Assembly (NCBI GenBank): GCA_041906785.1
Contig: JAYRIM010000021.1
Location: 17,881 to 81,880, forward strand
Reading direction: 5' to 3'
DNA from: Candidatus Levyibacteriota bacterium
Lineage (GTDB): Bacteria; Patescibacteriota; Microgenomatia; Levybacterales; UBA12049
Length of the DNA: 64,000 bases
Part shown: piece by piece, positions 19,226 to 28,755 of the stretch
Layout: every line of letters begins with the position of its first letter
How positions within the stretch are numbered: the first letter of the stretch is position 1
Program-made: the position numbers and the translations under genes
Notes under the pieces: model-generated
Told to the model about the DNA's origin: nothing
Seen by the model: only the letters and a program-made list of their open reading frames with translations
Database searches by the model: none

Positions 19226-21085
19226 ATGAATTTATTTTTTAAGTTCTCTACTAAGTTGTCGAAATATATTTTATTTTTGAGTTTTATTTTTTATTTCTTC
19301 TCTTTTATTTTTTATATACCCAACGTTTACGCTGAAGACAACTTTATAACTGATTATCATATTATTTACACAGTTGCCGAGAATGGTATGACAAATGTCG
19401 TGATGGATGTAACGCTTACAAATGCCGCTGATGATTATTCATATGCTTCTTCATATTCTATTCAGCTTGGTTTTGAGAATATCTCGAATGTTAAAGCATC
19501 TGATCTAGGTGGATTCATAGATCCGAAGGTTGAGAAAAATGAAGATGGAAATAATATATCGATAAAGTTCAACCAAAAAGCTGTAGGTATTGGCAGTAAA
19601 CAATTTTTTTCAATATCCTTTTTAACGCCTGATATTGCGAAGAAACAAGGTGAAATTTGGGAAATCAATATTCCAGGCATAGCAAATCAGGATACCTTCG
19701 ATTCATTTGATGTCGATCTTCAGGTGCCTAACAATTTCGGAAAACCTGCGTATATTAAACCCAGACAGGAAAGCGACACATTACATTTTACAAAAGAACA
19801 GTTAAGCACGTCAGGTATTTCAGTCGCATTCGGTGAGAAACAAACATATGAATTTTCACTTATTTATCATCTGAATAATAAAAACCTTTTCCCTATTCGA
19901 ACAGAAATTGCCTTGCCTCCCAATACAAACTATCAAGAAATAAATATTGATTCTATGACACCAGAACCAAAAAAAGTTGAAAAAGATACAGATGGAAATT
20001 GGCTGGCAGAATACGAATTGCTTCCTGGGGAAAGTAAAGATGTATGGGTTACAGGAAAGGCACAAATATTTCTCCAACCGAAAAAAGAAATTTTAAGCGA
20101 AGAGGAATTAGCGCACTATTTAAAAACAGATCAATTCTGGGAAATAGAAAATGAAAAAATAAAATCAAAAGCTCAATCTCTGCGTACACCTGAAGCTATT
20201 TACTCATATGTAGTAGATACTTTAACATATGATTTCTCCCGCGTAACAAGTAATAAAAATAGATTAGGAGCACAAAAAGTCATATCTGATCCAAAATCTG
20301 CTGTTTGTCTAGAATTTACAGATTTATTTATCGCTTTAGCTCGTGCTGCCGGTATTCCTGCAAGAGAAGTAGATGGGTATGCCTATACAGAAAATCAGCG
20401 AGATAGGCCATTATCACTCGTACAGGATATTCTTCATGCTTGGCCAGAATATTATGACCGTGAGAAAGAGATGTGGATTATGGTCGACCCGACCTGGGGA
20501 AATACTACTGGAGGAGTAGATTACTTCCATGTTTTAGATTTCGATCATTTAGCTTTCGTAAAGCGTGGTGTTAGCAGTACATATCCTATTCCTGCGGGAG
20601 GATATAAAAATACAGGTGATGAAAATAAAAAAGATATTGCAATTTCTTTTTCAGAGAAAGATATCTCCCAGAGTTCTACCATAACTCTCGAACCATATAT
20701 CGCATCTTCTTATACAGCAGGGTTTCCGATAGATGGGACAATAACAGTTATTAATAAAGGTCCAGCTGTAAGTACAAGCACTGCCGTATCTATTTTCTCG
20801 AGTACTCTCTTACCGGGAAATCAGAAAAGTTATGTAAAAGATATTCTGCCATTTGGAAGAAAAACTGTACGATTTCAATTCCAAAAATTACCATTTTTGA
20901 CAAATGCTACACACACAATTACAATCAGCGATGGAAAAAATGAATTCAGTAAAACTATTGAGGTCATACCATTCTTAGTTAAAGACTGGAAGCTGAAAGG
21001 AGGAATTATTGGTGCAATACTCGCGTTCATCATATTTATCTTTGCCATCAAAACCCGGCGTTTACCAATTTCTCGACGCAAGTAA
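19226..21085 (+). CDS. secreted transglutaminase-like domain protein
   Basis: AVCLEFTDLFIALARAAGIPAR, HAWPEY, DPTW (Cys-His-Asp triad); signal peptide and C-terminal TM. Confidence 0.85.
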   Translation: MNLFFKFSTKLSKYILFLSFIFYFFSFIFYIPNVYAEDNFITDYHIIYTVAENGMTNVVMDVTLTNAADDYSYASSYSIQLGFENISNVKASDLGGFIDPKVEKNEDGNNISIKFNQKAVGIGSKQFFSISFLTPDIAKKQGEIWEINIPGIANQDTFDSFDVDLQVPNNFGKPAYIKPRQESDTLHFTKEQLSTSGISVAFGEKQTYEFSLIYHLNNKNLFPIRTEIALPPNTNYQEINIDSMTPEPKKVEKDTDGNWLAEYELLPGESKDVWVTGKAQIFLQPKKEILSEEELAHYLKTDQFWEIENEKIKSKAQSLRTPEAIYSYVVDTLTYDFSRVTSNKNRLGAQKVISDPKSAVCLEFTDLFIALARAAGIPAREVDGYAYTENQRDRPLSLVQDILHAWPEYYDREKEMWIMVDPTWGNTTGGVDYFHVLDFDHLAFVKRGVSSTYPIPAGGYKNTGDENKKDIAISFSEKDISQSSTITLEPYIASSYTAGFPIDGTITVINKGPAVSTSTAVSIFSSTLLPGNQKSYVKDILPFGRKTVRFQFQKLPFLTNATHTITISDGKNEFSKTIEVIPFLVKDWKLKGGIIGAILAFIIFIFAIKTRRLPISRRK

Positions 21086-22346
21086 CACAGTTATTTATGT
21101 CGGTAAAGCAATTGATCTTAAATCTCGAGTCTCTTCTTACTTCACAAGCTCTTCACAACTAGGAGAGAAAACTCGGTTGTTAGTTTCTAATATAGAAAAA
21201 ATTCGTATTACACTTGTCGAGTCAGAACTCGAAGCATTATTACTTGAAGCGTATTATATTAAAAAACATAATCCTAAATATAATATTCGCTTAACAGATA
21301 ATAAAGCATATATTCTTGTCCGTATAACCATGAAAGACATATACCCGAAAGTGCTGCTGGCGAGAAAAATGGAATATCCAGAAGATATCTATTTCGGTCC
21401 TTTTCCAAATTCAGGCGCAGTGAAATTAGTATTAAAAACAATCCGGAAAGTTTTCCCTTTTCAATCTGTTGAAAATCATGCAAAACGAATTTGTCTTTAC
21501 AATCATTTAGGGTTATGTCCGTGTCCTCCAGTAAACGATTCCCTTGAGTTACGAAAACAATATAGAAGCAATATACGTAATATTATTCGGATTTTTGAAG
21601 GACAGTCACATAAAATACTGTCTGAACTCGAAAGAGAGCGAGAAAAACTAAGCGAGGAAGAACGCTTCGAGGAAGCTGGATTTATGCAGAGAAGAATTAA
21701 CGCTTTAAGCTATATTACACAACCGTTTCATAAACCTCATGAATATGAATTTAATCCAAATTTACGATCTGATTTGCGTGAAGAGGAACTTATGAATTTA
21801 CAACAAATTTTACGAGAGAACGGATGTCTTGTGACTTCTCTGGAGCGTATTGAATGCTATGATATTTCCCATATCCAAGGTACAAATACAACAGCTTCTA
21901 TGGCTGTCTTTATTAACGGAGAAAAAGAGTCATCACAGTATCGAAAGTTTAAAATAAGATTGGAAAAGACACCAGACGACTTTGCGAGTATGAAAGAGGT
22001 TCTCCAAAGAAGAATTCGGCATAGCGAATGGTCAATTCCTGGTTTGATAATTGTCGATGGTGGAAAAGGACAAGTCTCTGCAGCATTTGAAGTTTTACGA
22101 CAGATGAAATTAGATCTTCCTTTAATTGGTTTGGCAAAAAGGGAAGAAACCATTGTAATACCTCAATTAACAATGCCAAATGACAAATATCAAATGTCAA
22201 ATAAAATTGGGAATTTGAAATTCACAGAGGTTTCTTTACCTAAAGATGCGAAAGCGCTTCACCTGATTCAAAGAATAAGAGATGAAGCTCACCGGTTCGC
22301 AATAACATACCATAGAAAACTAAGAAGTAAAGGAGTAACTAAATAA
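21009..22346 (+). CDS. uvrC: excinuclease ABC subunit C (short form)
   Basis: GIY-YIG domain (PGVY...YVGKA), IECYDISH, VDGGKGQ, RDEAHRFA. Confidence 0.95.
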   Translation: MVQYSRSSYLSLPSKPGVYQFLDASNTVIYVGKAIDLKSRVSSYFTSSSQLGEKTRLLVSNIEKIRITLVESELEALLLEAYYIKKHNPKYNIRLTDNKAYILVRITMKDIYPKVLLARKMEYPEDIYFGPFPNSGAVKLVLKTIRKVFPFQSVENHAKRICLYNHLGLCPCPPVNDSLELRKQYRSNIRNIIRIFEGQSHKILSELEREREKLSEEERFEEAGFMQRRINALSYITQPFHKPHEYEFNPNLRSDLREEELMNLQQILRENGCLVTSLERIECYDISHIQGTNTTASMAVFINGEKESSQYRKFKIRLEKTPDDFASMKEVLQRRIRHSEWSIPGLIIVDGGKGQVSAAFEVLRQMKLDLPLIGLAKREETIVIPQLTMPNDKYQMSNKIGNLKFTEVSLPKDAKALHLIQRIRDEAHRFAITYHRKLRSKGVTK

Positions 22347-22349
22347 AAT

Positions 22350-22437
22350 GGACTAAAGGAGACAAGAGAGCCAAAGGTTCCAAACGGATAAAGTTACCTT
22401 TGTCTCATCTGGCTCTTCGGTCTCTTATGGAACCTGG
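22350..22437. repeat. 9-bp-periodic imperfect inverted repeat
   Basis: GGACTAAAG GAGACAAGA GAGCCAAAG...TTGTCTCAT CTGGCTCTT; between convergent genes. Confidence 0.65.
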
Positions 22438-22441
22438 AAGC

Positions 22442-23803
22442 TTACTTTCGAATCAGTTCATATTCTTGGGGGAAATAGAGAAATGAGGCTGGTGCTTCAT
22501 CAAGGAGATATTTTTGAAAGTCTGTATATATTTTTATTCTTTCCTCATCATCTACTGTTTTTCGGCCATCTTCCAATAGCTTATCTATGCGCAAATTTCG
22601 CAACTTTGTAATATTGTTTGCCTGTGCTGAATGCCATAAAGTATATTGATCTGGATCTTTTGGAACATTAAATTCACCCAAGAATACTTGGAATTGGTCC
22701 GGTATCGTATCTGCGTCATTTATTGTGACTATAAAACCAAGCTTCTCCCATGCTTTCGAAATAGTTTCTGCTGTGGTTTTATATTTTTCTAATGAAGTTA
22801 TAGTAATTTTTGGTTTAGCACTGGCACTAGCTTGTTCCAGAGCAGAAGAAACCAGGAGACTTGCATGGTTAAGATCTTGTCGTCTCGCTGCTGTATCTGG
22901 GTTACTGTATTTAGATTTTGGTGGGTAAGGATTGTATGTACGAATTCCTTCTCCAAACGTATCAGGTAGTGCATAGGTAAGACCATTACGAATTTTTTTA
23001 TCAGAAAGCAAAGGATCTTGAGTATTATAAAAAAGTGTAACTAATGTACCGTAGTTTACCTGTTTTTTTATAGAAATATTTTGAAATTTGCTAAAATCTA
23101 CTGTTTGTAATGTAACTGTGTTCACGCGTGCAATTTTAGTAATTTCCCCAAGTGCCATAGCAGTTTTTAATGCATCTATAGTCGGATAAAAGATATATGT
23201 TTCATTCTGTAAGGAATCTTTTCGTGAAACTAATTGAATAGTCTTTAGGAATTCTCCGTTCAGCTCAAGTTTATGTATTTTATAGTCCCCAACACCTATA
23301 AGATTTTTATAAAAAATAGGCCGTGAAACAGTTACAAGGAAGGGCGCATACGGTTCTTTTAAGTTAAATTCGATAGTATAGGGGCTCGGTTTCTTAATAG
23401 TAACTTTTGAGAAAGAATAGCTCACTTTATCTGAAGTAAATGGTTCACCGTCAGAAAACGTTATGTCTTTTTTTAAATAGAAAGTATATCTTTTACCTTT
23501 ATTTGAAATTTTCCAAGAAGATGCTAAATCTGGTGAAATAGTGCCACCCTGTGAGACTTTTGTTAAACCTTTTGCGATTTTATTCACTATGAATGAAGGC
23601 ATGTTTTCCGTTCGGTAAGCACCTGAAATGCCTATAATCGTCTTTCTGTGAGTTGGAATAAGTTGAAGAAGAAGTGGATAAAAATTAACTAATAAAAGAA
23701 AAATTCCTAACCCTATTAAGAAAAAAAGGAAAAATTGCTTTCCCCAGCGTTTAATATATGCCTTAATCAACCAAAACAAGTATCGTCGTCGGATTACAGC
23801 CAT
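22442..23803 (-). CDS. ABC transporter substrate-binding protein, family 5
   Basis: PDLASSWKIS...YTFYL...FSDGEPFTS signature. Confidence 0.85.
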   Translation of the reverse strand: MAVIRRRYLFWLIKAYIKRWGKQFFLFFLIGLGIFLLLVNFYPLLLQLIPTHRKTIIGISGAYRTENMPSFIVNKIAKGLTKVSQGGTISPDLASSWKISNKGKRYTFYLKKDITFSDGEPFTSDKVSYSFSKVTIKKPSPYTIEFNLKEPYAPFLVTVSRPIFYKNLIGVGDYKIHKLELNGEFLKTIQLVSRKDSLQNETYIFYPTIDALKTAMALGEITKIARVNTVTLQTVDFSKFQNISIKKQVNYGTLVTLFYNTQDPLLSDKKIRNGLTYALPDTFGEGIRTYNPYPPKSKYSNPDTAARRQDLNHASLLVSSALEQASASAKPKITITSLEKYKTTAETISKAWEKLGFIVTINDADTIPDQFQVFLGEFNVPKDPDQYTLWHSAQANNITKLRNLRIDKLLEDGRKTVDDEERIKIYTDFQKYLLDEAPASFLYFPQEYELIRK

Positions 23804-23814
23804 AATTAAAAATC

Positions 23815-23878
23815 GTATAACGTGTAACTTGTAACGTATTGCAAAAGATTGTACGTTACACGTTATGCGTTACACGCT
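23815..23878. repeat. heptamer-periodic inverted repeat (TAACGTG / CGTTACA)
   Basis: CGTATAA CGTGTAA CTTGTAA CG...CGTTACA CGTTATG CGTTACA. Confidence 0.65.
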
Positions 23879-23887
23879 CCATGGGAA

Positions 23888-24100
23888 TCATTGGGGTATT
23901 ATTAGTAGCGCAATTGAAAACACAGCCAGAAGAGCAGCAGAAAGAACAGTGAGGTAAATGAGAAGCTTTTCAATATTTCTTTTACTGCGGTACATTTCTC
24001 CCCCTCCACCGAAGACTGGAGATAATCCTCCGCCCTGTGATTGGAGTAATACACAGACTATTAAAAGTATGGAAACGAGTATTTGAGCAATATATAACAT
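23888..24100 (-). CDS. secG: preprotein translocase subunit SecG
   Basis: VLLQSQGGGLSPVFGGG...R between two TM helices. Confidence 0.9.
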   Translation of the reverse strand: MLYIAQILVSILLIVCVLLQSQGGGLSPVFGGGGEMYRSKRNIEKLLIYLTVLSAALLAVFSIALLIIPQ

Positions 24101-24192
24101 GATAGTTATGAGTTGTCAGTTGTCAGTTGTCTGTCAGTCATGCGCAAAGGATAAAAAATATTTACTGATCACTAAATACTGAAAGCTGAGTG

Positions 24193-25173
24193 CTATTTAT
24201 TATAGAGATTCATGATTGCAGATGCAAGTTTATTTGACTCATGATAAATCGGAAAGTTTTCATCTACAAGATCTGAAAAAACGAGATGGTATTCCTGCAG
24301 CATGTCTTTATTTTTTATGTGTTCGACATATGTATATGATGTATGCTCATCCTTTAATGGTATTGACTTATTTCCATTAACGAGAACATCATCAAATGGA
24401 AATATGCCAATGTGTTTTTTAATGGCTTCAATAAAATCATATACTGTGTATCCTTCAGTTTCTTGGGGTTTGTTCGCGACGTTTACTATATATGTCTTTC
24501 TGGCTTTTGACTTTAAAAATGCTTCTTTGATCAATGGTACGATCAATACAGGAAGTGTTGTAGTATATAAATCTCCCGGACCTACAATAATGATATCTGC
24601 TGTATGAATCGATTCAATCGCTTTTTGTGATACTGAGGGATTTTCTGGAGTAATAAAGATTTTATCTATTTGTGGTTTACCTTCGTATTTTCCTAAATCT
24701 ATATTCTCTTCACTGTGAACTGTCACACCGTCTTTCGTGACTGCTGAAAGTGTGACAACTTCATTCGTGGCTGGATAAATTTTCCCGCTAGCATGAACTA
24801 AGCGTTGGATAAGTTCTACTGCATCATCGTAATCACCAGTAATCTCTTTTGCTGCAATAAGCATCAAGTTTCCTAATTTCTGTCCGCCAATTTCACTATC
24901 TGCACCATATCTATCTCCTGGAAAGCGGTACGTGAGAAGTTGCGCGATATTAGGATGGTCATCTCCACTTAAAGCTGCAATGCACGAAACCAAATCGCCA
25001 GGAGGTAGTGTATTAAATAATCTCCGTAAGCGTCCACCTGATCCGCCATCATCTGTAGTGGTCGCTACAACTGTAATATTATCAGCGATTTGTCGCAGTC
25101 CACGGATAAGTGTGACAGTTCCAAGCCCTGATCCAAGGCAAACAATACGCTTATTTTTCAAATCCTTTTCCAT
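24193..25173 (-). CDS. yvcK: YvcK/CofD-family gluconeogenesis factor
   Basis: DDGGSGGRLR...PPGD, GPGDLYT motifs. Confidence 0.85.
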   Translation of the reverse strand: MEKDLKNKRIVCLGSGLGTVTLIRGLRQIADNITVVATTTDDGGSGGRLRRLFNTLPPGDLVSCIAALSGDDHPNIAQLLTYRFPGDRYGADSEIGGQKLGNLMLIAAKEITGDYDDAVELIQRLVHASGKIYPATNEVVTLSAVTKDGVTVHSEENIDLGKYEGKPQIDKIFITPENPSVSQKAIESIHTADIIIVGPGDLYTTTLPVLIVPLIKEAFLKSKARKTYIVNVANKPQETEGYTVYDFIEAIKKHIGIFPFDDVLVNGNKSIPLKDEHTSYTYVEHIKNKDMLQEYHLVFSDLVDENFPIYHESNKLASAIMNLYNK

Positions 25174-25297
25174 AGATTCTATTTGTTGACTTTAGTTCCT
25201 GTATTTTACTTTAAAGTATCGAAAGTATCAGATTATTACTAATTAGAAAATCCAAAGCCTTCGATACCTTTGGTACTTTTCATACTTTTGATACCTC

Positions 25298-25702
25298 TTA
25301 TTTTATGAGCCAGCGTATTGTACCTGAAATCAGAGATAAAGCAAGAGCAGCGAGAATAAATGCAAATAGTGTATTAACCTTAATCGGATCAATAGAAAAC
25401 CCTGCCAATGACGCTCCAGGAAATTTATACTCCATTATGCTTACATTCGGTACGAAAACTGTTAGAAGATAGAGAATTAAAGCGTTCGTTATGACTGAAA
25501 ATAGCCCCATCGTAATGACATTAAATGGAAAGGTCAGTACTGAAAAAATAGGTTTCACAAAAACAAAAAGTAAAGAAAGTGCTACTCCACCAAGAATAAG
25601 CGTAAATGCTCCTCCGACGATTTTTACACCGCCTACAAAATGAGGTAAAAGAAAAAGGGATAAAGCATAGATAGCTGTATTCCTGAGCAGTGGTTTAAGC
25701 AT
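25298..25702 (-). CDS. YvlD / 4-TM phage holin family membrane protein
   Basis: VKPIFSVLTFPFNVITMGLF...NA motif. Confidence 0.8.
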   Translation of the reverse strand: MLKPLLRNTAIYALSLFLLPHFVGGVKIVGGAFTLILGGVALSLLFVFVKPIFSVLTFPFNVITMGLFSVITNALILYLLTVFVPNVSIMEYKFPGASLAGFSIDPIKVNTLFAFILAALALSLISGTIRWLIK

Positions 25703-25780
25703 GAGCGTTTTACCATTATACTGCAGAGAAATAGAAGAAACAATCTTTTGAGTTTCAAAGAGTCAAGGTTGCAAAGTTAC

Positions 25781-25855
25781 TTGAAAAAATAAAACAGCTC
25801 ATCTATAATATAGGCCTATAGTCGATTTTCGGCTATTTTTATTTGCACATTGAAA
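25781..25855 (+). promoter_or_regulatory. sigma70 promoter, hairpin and boxA-like site (locus 3)
   Basis: TTGAAA 25781-25786, 17 bp, TATAAT 25804-25809; hairpin ATAGTCG-atttt-CGGCTAT; TGCACATTGAAA 25844-25855. Confidence 0.7.
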
Positions 25856-25859
25856 CAGT

Positions 25860-26109
25860 GACGGAATCGGGAATATGGTTATCAGTTATGAGTGGTCAGT
25901 TGTCAGTTTTTGAATAAATTATATCTCACAACCCATAACTCATAACTGACAATTGATAACCATTTTTCCGGTTTCGTCCGAAGGAAAGCCTCAGAAAGGA
26001 GGGAAAGGCTTCAGGGACATGGTGGCGCAGCCACCCCGGACATACTCGCTTTTATAGGAGTATGCCTCAAATTCAGTAGACCGCCAGGAAGCGGTCTGGG
26101 AGGGGAAAG
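25860..26109 (+). other. structured 5' leader of locus 3
   Basis: Long hairpin 25860-25978 with heptamer repeats, then hairpins AAGCCT/AGGCTT, GGTGGC/GCCACC, CATACTC/GAGTATG, AGACCGC/GCGGTCT. Confidence 0.65.
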
Positions 26110-26532
26110 ATGTCTCGCTTGCGTCTTGAATTCGTTGGTATTCTCGCGGTGCTGCTTGCATTCGCAGCAGGTTCCGCATATGCCAGCGACTCGACAACAG
26201 AATCGGCGACTACGAAAGTCGCCAACCAGTACAGCGTAGATTGTACTGCGTACCCTGTACCGGGATCGAATCCGCCGCAGCACAGTCGGACGCCGAATGG
26301 GCAGACGGGTGTGACTATCCGAGACACAGGTACAATCAATGACCCCAACGGGGTCGTGTACCAGTGTTGGTCAGGAAATTGGAACCCAGTCACCCGGTGG
26401 AAGCAGCCCGAGGTGCAACCACAGCCACAACCCGCTCCGGGCGATCGTTGGTGGTGGACGCCATGCACGCGCTGCCAATGGGTAGCTGCGCCTACGCAGA
26501 AGGCTACCCGGACCACATACCGTCGGCGCTAA
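26110..26532 (+). CDS. GC-rich small secreted protein (Cys/Trp/Pro-rich)
   Basis: GGGAGGGG SD; signal peptide ending AYA; GC hairpin GGGGTCGGGC/GCTCGACCCC after the stop. Confidence 0.7.
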   Translation: MSRLRLEFVGILAVLLAFAAGSAYASDSTTESATTKVANQYSVDCTAYPVPGSNPPQHSRTPNGQTGVTIRDTGTINDPNGVVYQCWSGNWNPVTRWKQPEVQPQPQPAPGDRWWWTPCTRCQWVAAPTQKATRTTYRRR

Positions 26533-26806
26533 CTTCAGGCTTGTTCTGTCAGCGGCTTCATGGGGTCGGGCGATCGGCTCGACCCCTCATGATTTCTCGC
26601 TTTCCTCCAAAAACTTGCATTATTTTCTTAATTGGATTTTTCCGATTTTTGACGATTTGTAGGTTTCCCTTCCGGCGCAATATAGTATAAGAACAAAAAG
26701 ATTTTATGCTCTTATACTAGCGCCGGAAGGCATGTGCATAACCAAGTACCGAATAGTACTTGGTAAAGAGAAACCCACCTATGAGTATACTCAAACGGTG
26801 GGTTTT

Positions 26807-27430
26807 TTATGGTTTTCTAATATAAGGGTTTGACCCTTTTTGCATGATACTTGGAAAAGAGGATTTAGTCTGTTGTTTATTTTGCTGGTTTTGATTTGTA
26901 TTAGATTTCTGAATTTGACCAGTAGTATTTTTTAAAGGGGATTTATTTTTATTTGATTCATAAAGCTGAAAATAGTCTGGATTCTCTGTAGGACTATATT
27001 GGCGGGCTTCATCAATATCATGGGATCCTGTGTACTTACTAATAATCCATTTTAATGGAATTGAAAATACTATTCCAATAATAACTGCAGCAGTCATCAA
27101 TAATATATTAAAAAATATCACATAACCGATTGTTAGGGTTAGTGTCGGTGTTTGGAATGATATACTTTCTGCAGTCAGACAGGCAGCTTGTAAACCATTT
27201 AAAGAACAATGAAAATCGATTAATGGGTAAAGAGCGGTGAACAGAACCCCAATAGAAAAGATTGGAATAAAAACGATAGAAAGAATAAAAATGGTTTTTT
27301 TGCTTAATTTCAAAGGAAGAATTAAACCAACGACTAATCCGCTCACAATAAGTAACATTGCAGGGTTAGCAAGTAATCGGATATATTCTACAAAAAAATT
27401 GTTCAGGTTCATAGTTGTATGATACAACAA
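26807..27430 (-). CDS. hypothetical membrane protein
   Basis: Three TM segments and a polar tail. Confidence 0.6.
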   Translation of the reverse strand: MLYHTTMNLNNFFVEYIRLLANPAMLLIVSGLVVGLILPLKLSKKTIFILSIVFIPIFSIGVLFTALYPLIDFHCSLNGLQAACLTAESISFQTPTLTLTIGYVIFFNILLMTAAVIIGIVFSIPLKWIISKYTGSHDIDEARQYSPTENPDYFQLYESNKNKSPLKNTTGQIQKSNTNQNQQNKQQTKSSFPSIMQKGSNPYIRKP

Positions 27431-27519
27431 TTTAGCAATTTAACAATACAACAATCTAATTTACTCTCTTGCATATTTCATATGATGTTGTATAGTGGTT
27501 AATGCTATCTTCAACCACT

Positions 27520-28755
27520 ATGAATACAATTCTTTGTCCTCATTGTAAAAAAGCTGTAGAAATCTCAGAAGCATTATCCCATCAATTGAAAGATGAGATA
27601 TTAAAGGAAGTAGATGGGAAACATAAAGAAGAACTAGAAAAAATCCGTATTGAAGCAGAAGCAAGAGCAGCAAAACGTGCCGAAGAAGCATTAGCGCTTC
27701 GTTTAAAAACGTCTCAAGAAGAAGTAGAAGAAACGAAGAAACGGAATAACCAACTCCAAGAACAACTATCAGAACTATTAAAAAAACTTCGTGATATGGA
27801 ACAAAAAGACAGCGAACGAGAATTAGAAATGCAAAAACAATTATTAAAAGAACGAGAAATGATGGAAATGGAGATAGCCAAATCCGAGCAAGAAAAAGCA
27901 CGATTAGATAAAATGGAATTACAAAAACAGCTTGATGATACGAAAAAAGCGCTCGAAGACGCTCAGCGAAAAGCGCAACAATCCTCCCAGCAACTTCAAG
28001 GAGAAGTTCTCGAGTTAGATCTTGAGCAACAACTACGAACAGAATTTTTAACCGATGAAATAACACCTGTTCCGAAAGGAGTAGATGGAGCAGACATCAT
28101 TCAGAAAGTGAGAAATAAATTTGGGCAAATCGCCGGATCAATTCTTTGGGAAACAAAAAGAACGAAAGCATGGAGTAACACATGGTCAGCGAAACTTCGC
28201 GAAGATGTTCGAACAATGGGTGCTGAAACTGCTGTATTAGTGAGCGATGTTCTTCCAGCAGGGATAGAAACATTTGGTTTTTATGAGAATATATGGGTTT
28301 CATCTTATCGCTATGCGTTACCGCTTGCTTCAGCATTGCGTATAGGTCTCCTCCAAGTAGCCAGAGCTAAATCTGCTTCAGCGAATAAAGATGAGAAACT
28401 AGAAATGCTTTATCAGTATCTTACAAACACAAGCTTTAAGCACCGATTCGAAGCGCAAGTAGAAGCTATAATAGAATTACGACAGGATTTTGAAGCAGAA
28501 CAGAGAACGATGACAAGATTATGGAAAAAGAAAGAAATGCAATTGCAACGAATGACGAAAAATGTTGCAAGCCTATATGGTGAATTACAAGGTATACTGG
28601 GCTCAGCACTTCCAGCTATTCAAGGATTAGAAGTAGATCATATGCTAGATTCTGGAACTTCTACATTGGATTCAGTAAACGGAAATATAAAAAACGGAGA
28701 CTTATTTAGTGACGGAAAAGAAACGTATGAAAAAGCAGATTCCACCCTCCTTTAA
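27520..28755 (+). CDS. DUF2130 family coiled-coil protein
   Basis: CPHC, coiled coil, QGEVLE...VPKG..GADI...ILWETKRTKAW. Confidence 0.85.
   Translation: MNTILCPHCKKAVEISEALSHQLKDEILKEVDGKHKEELEKIRIEAEARAAKRAEEALALRLKTSQEEVEETKKRNNQLQEQLSELLKKLRDMEQKDSERELEMQKQLLKEREMMEMEIAKSEQEKARLDKMELQKQLDDTKKALEDAQRKAQQSSQQLQGEVLELDLEQQLRTEFLTDEITPVPKGVDGADIIQKVRNKFGQIAGSILWETKRTKAWSNTWSAKLREDVRTMGAETAVLVSDVLPAGIETFGFYENIWVSSYRYALPLASALRIGLLQVARAKSASANKDEKLEMLYQYLTNTSFKHRFEAQVEAIIELRQDFEAEQRTMTRLWKKKEMQLQRMTKNVASLYGELQGILGSALPAIQGLEVDHMLDSGTSTLDSVNGNIKNGDLFSDGKETYEKADSTLL

Noticed and set aside
25298-25702. Holin-family gene as evidence of a prophage
   Set aside because: YvlD-type genes commonly sit by yvcK and uvr genes; no phage structural or integrase genes are nearby.
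25991-26690. Alternative overlapping ORFs in locus 3
   Set aside because: Only 26110-26532 has a strong SD and a signal peptide; the rest look like shadows.
26720-26737. CCGGAAGG resembling the SRP RNA helix 8 loop
   Set aside because: The flanking conserved CAGG and AGCA residues are missing, and the segment pairs with 26668-26678 instead.
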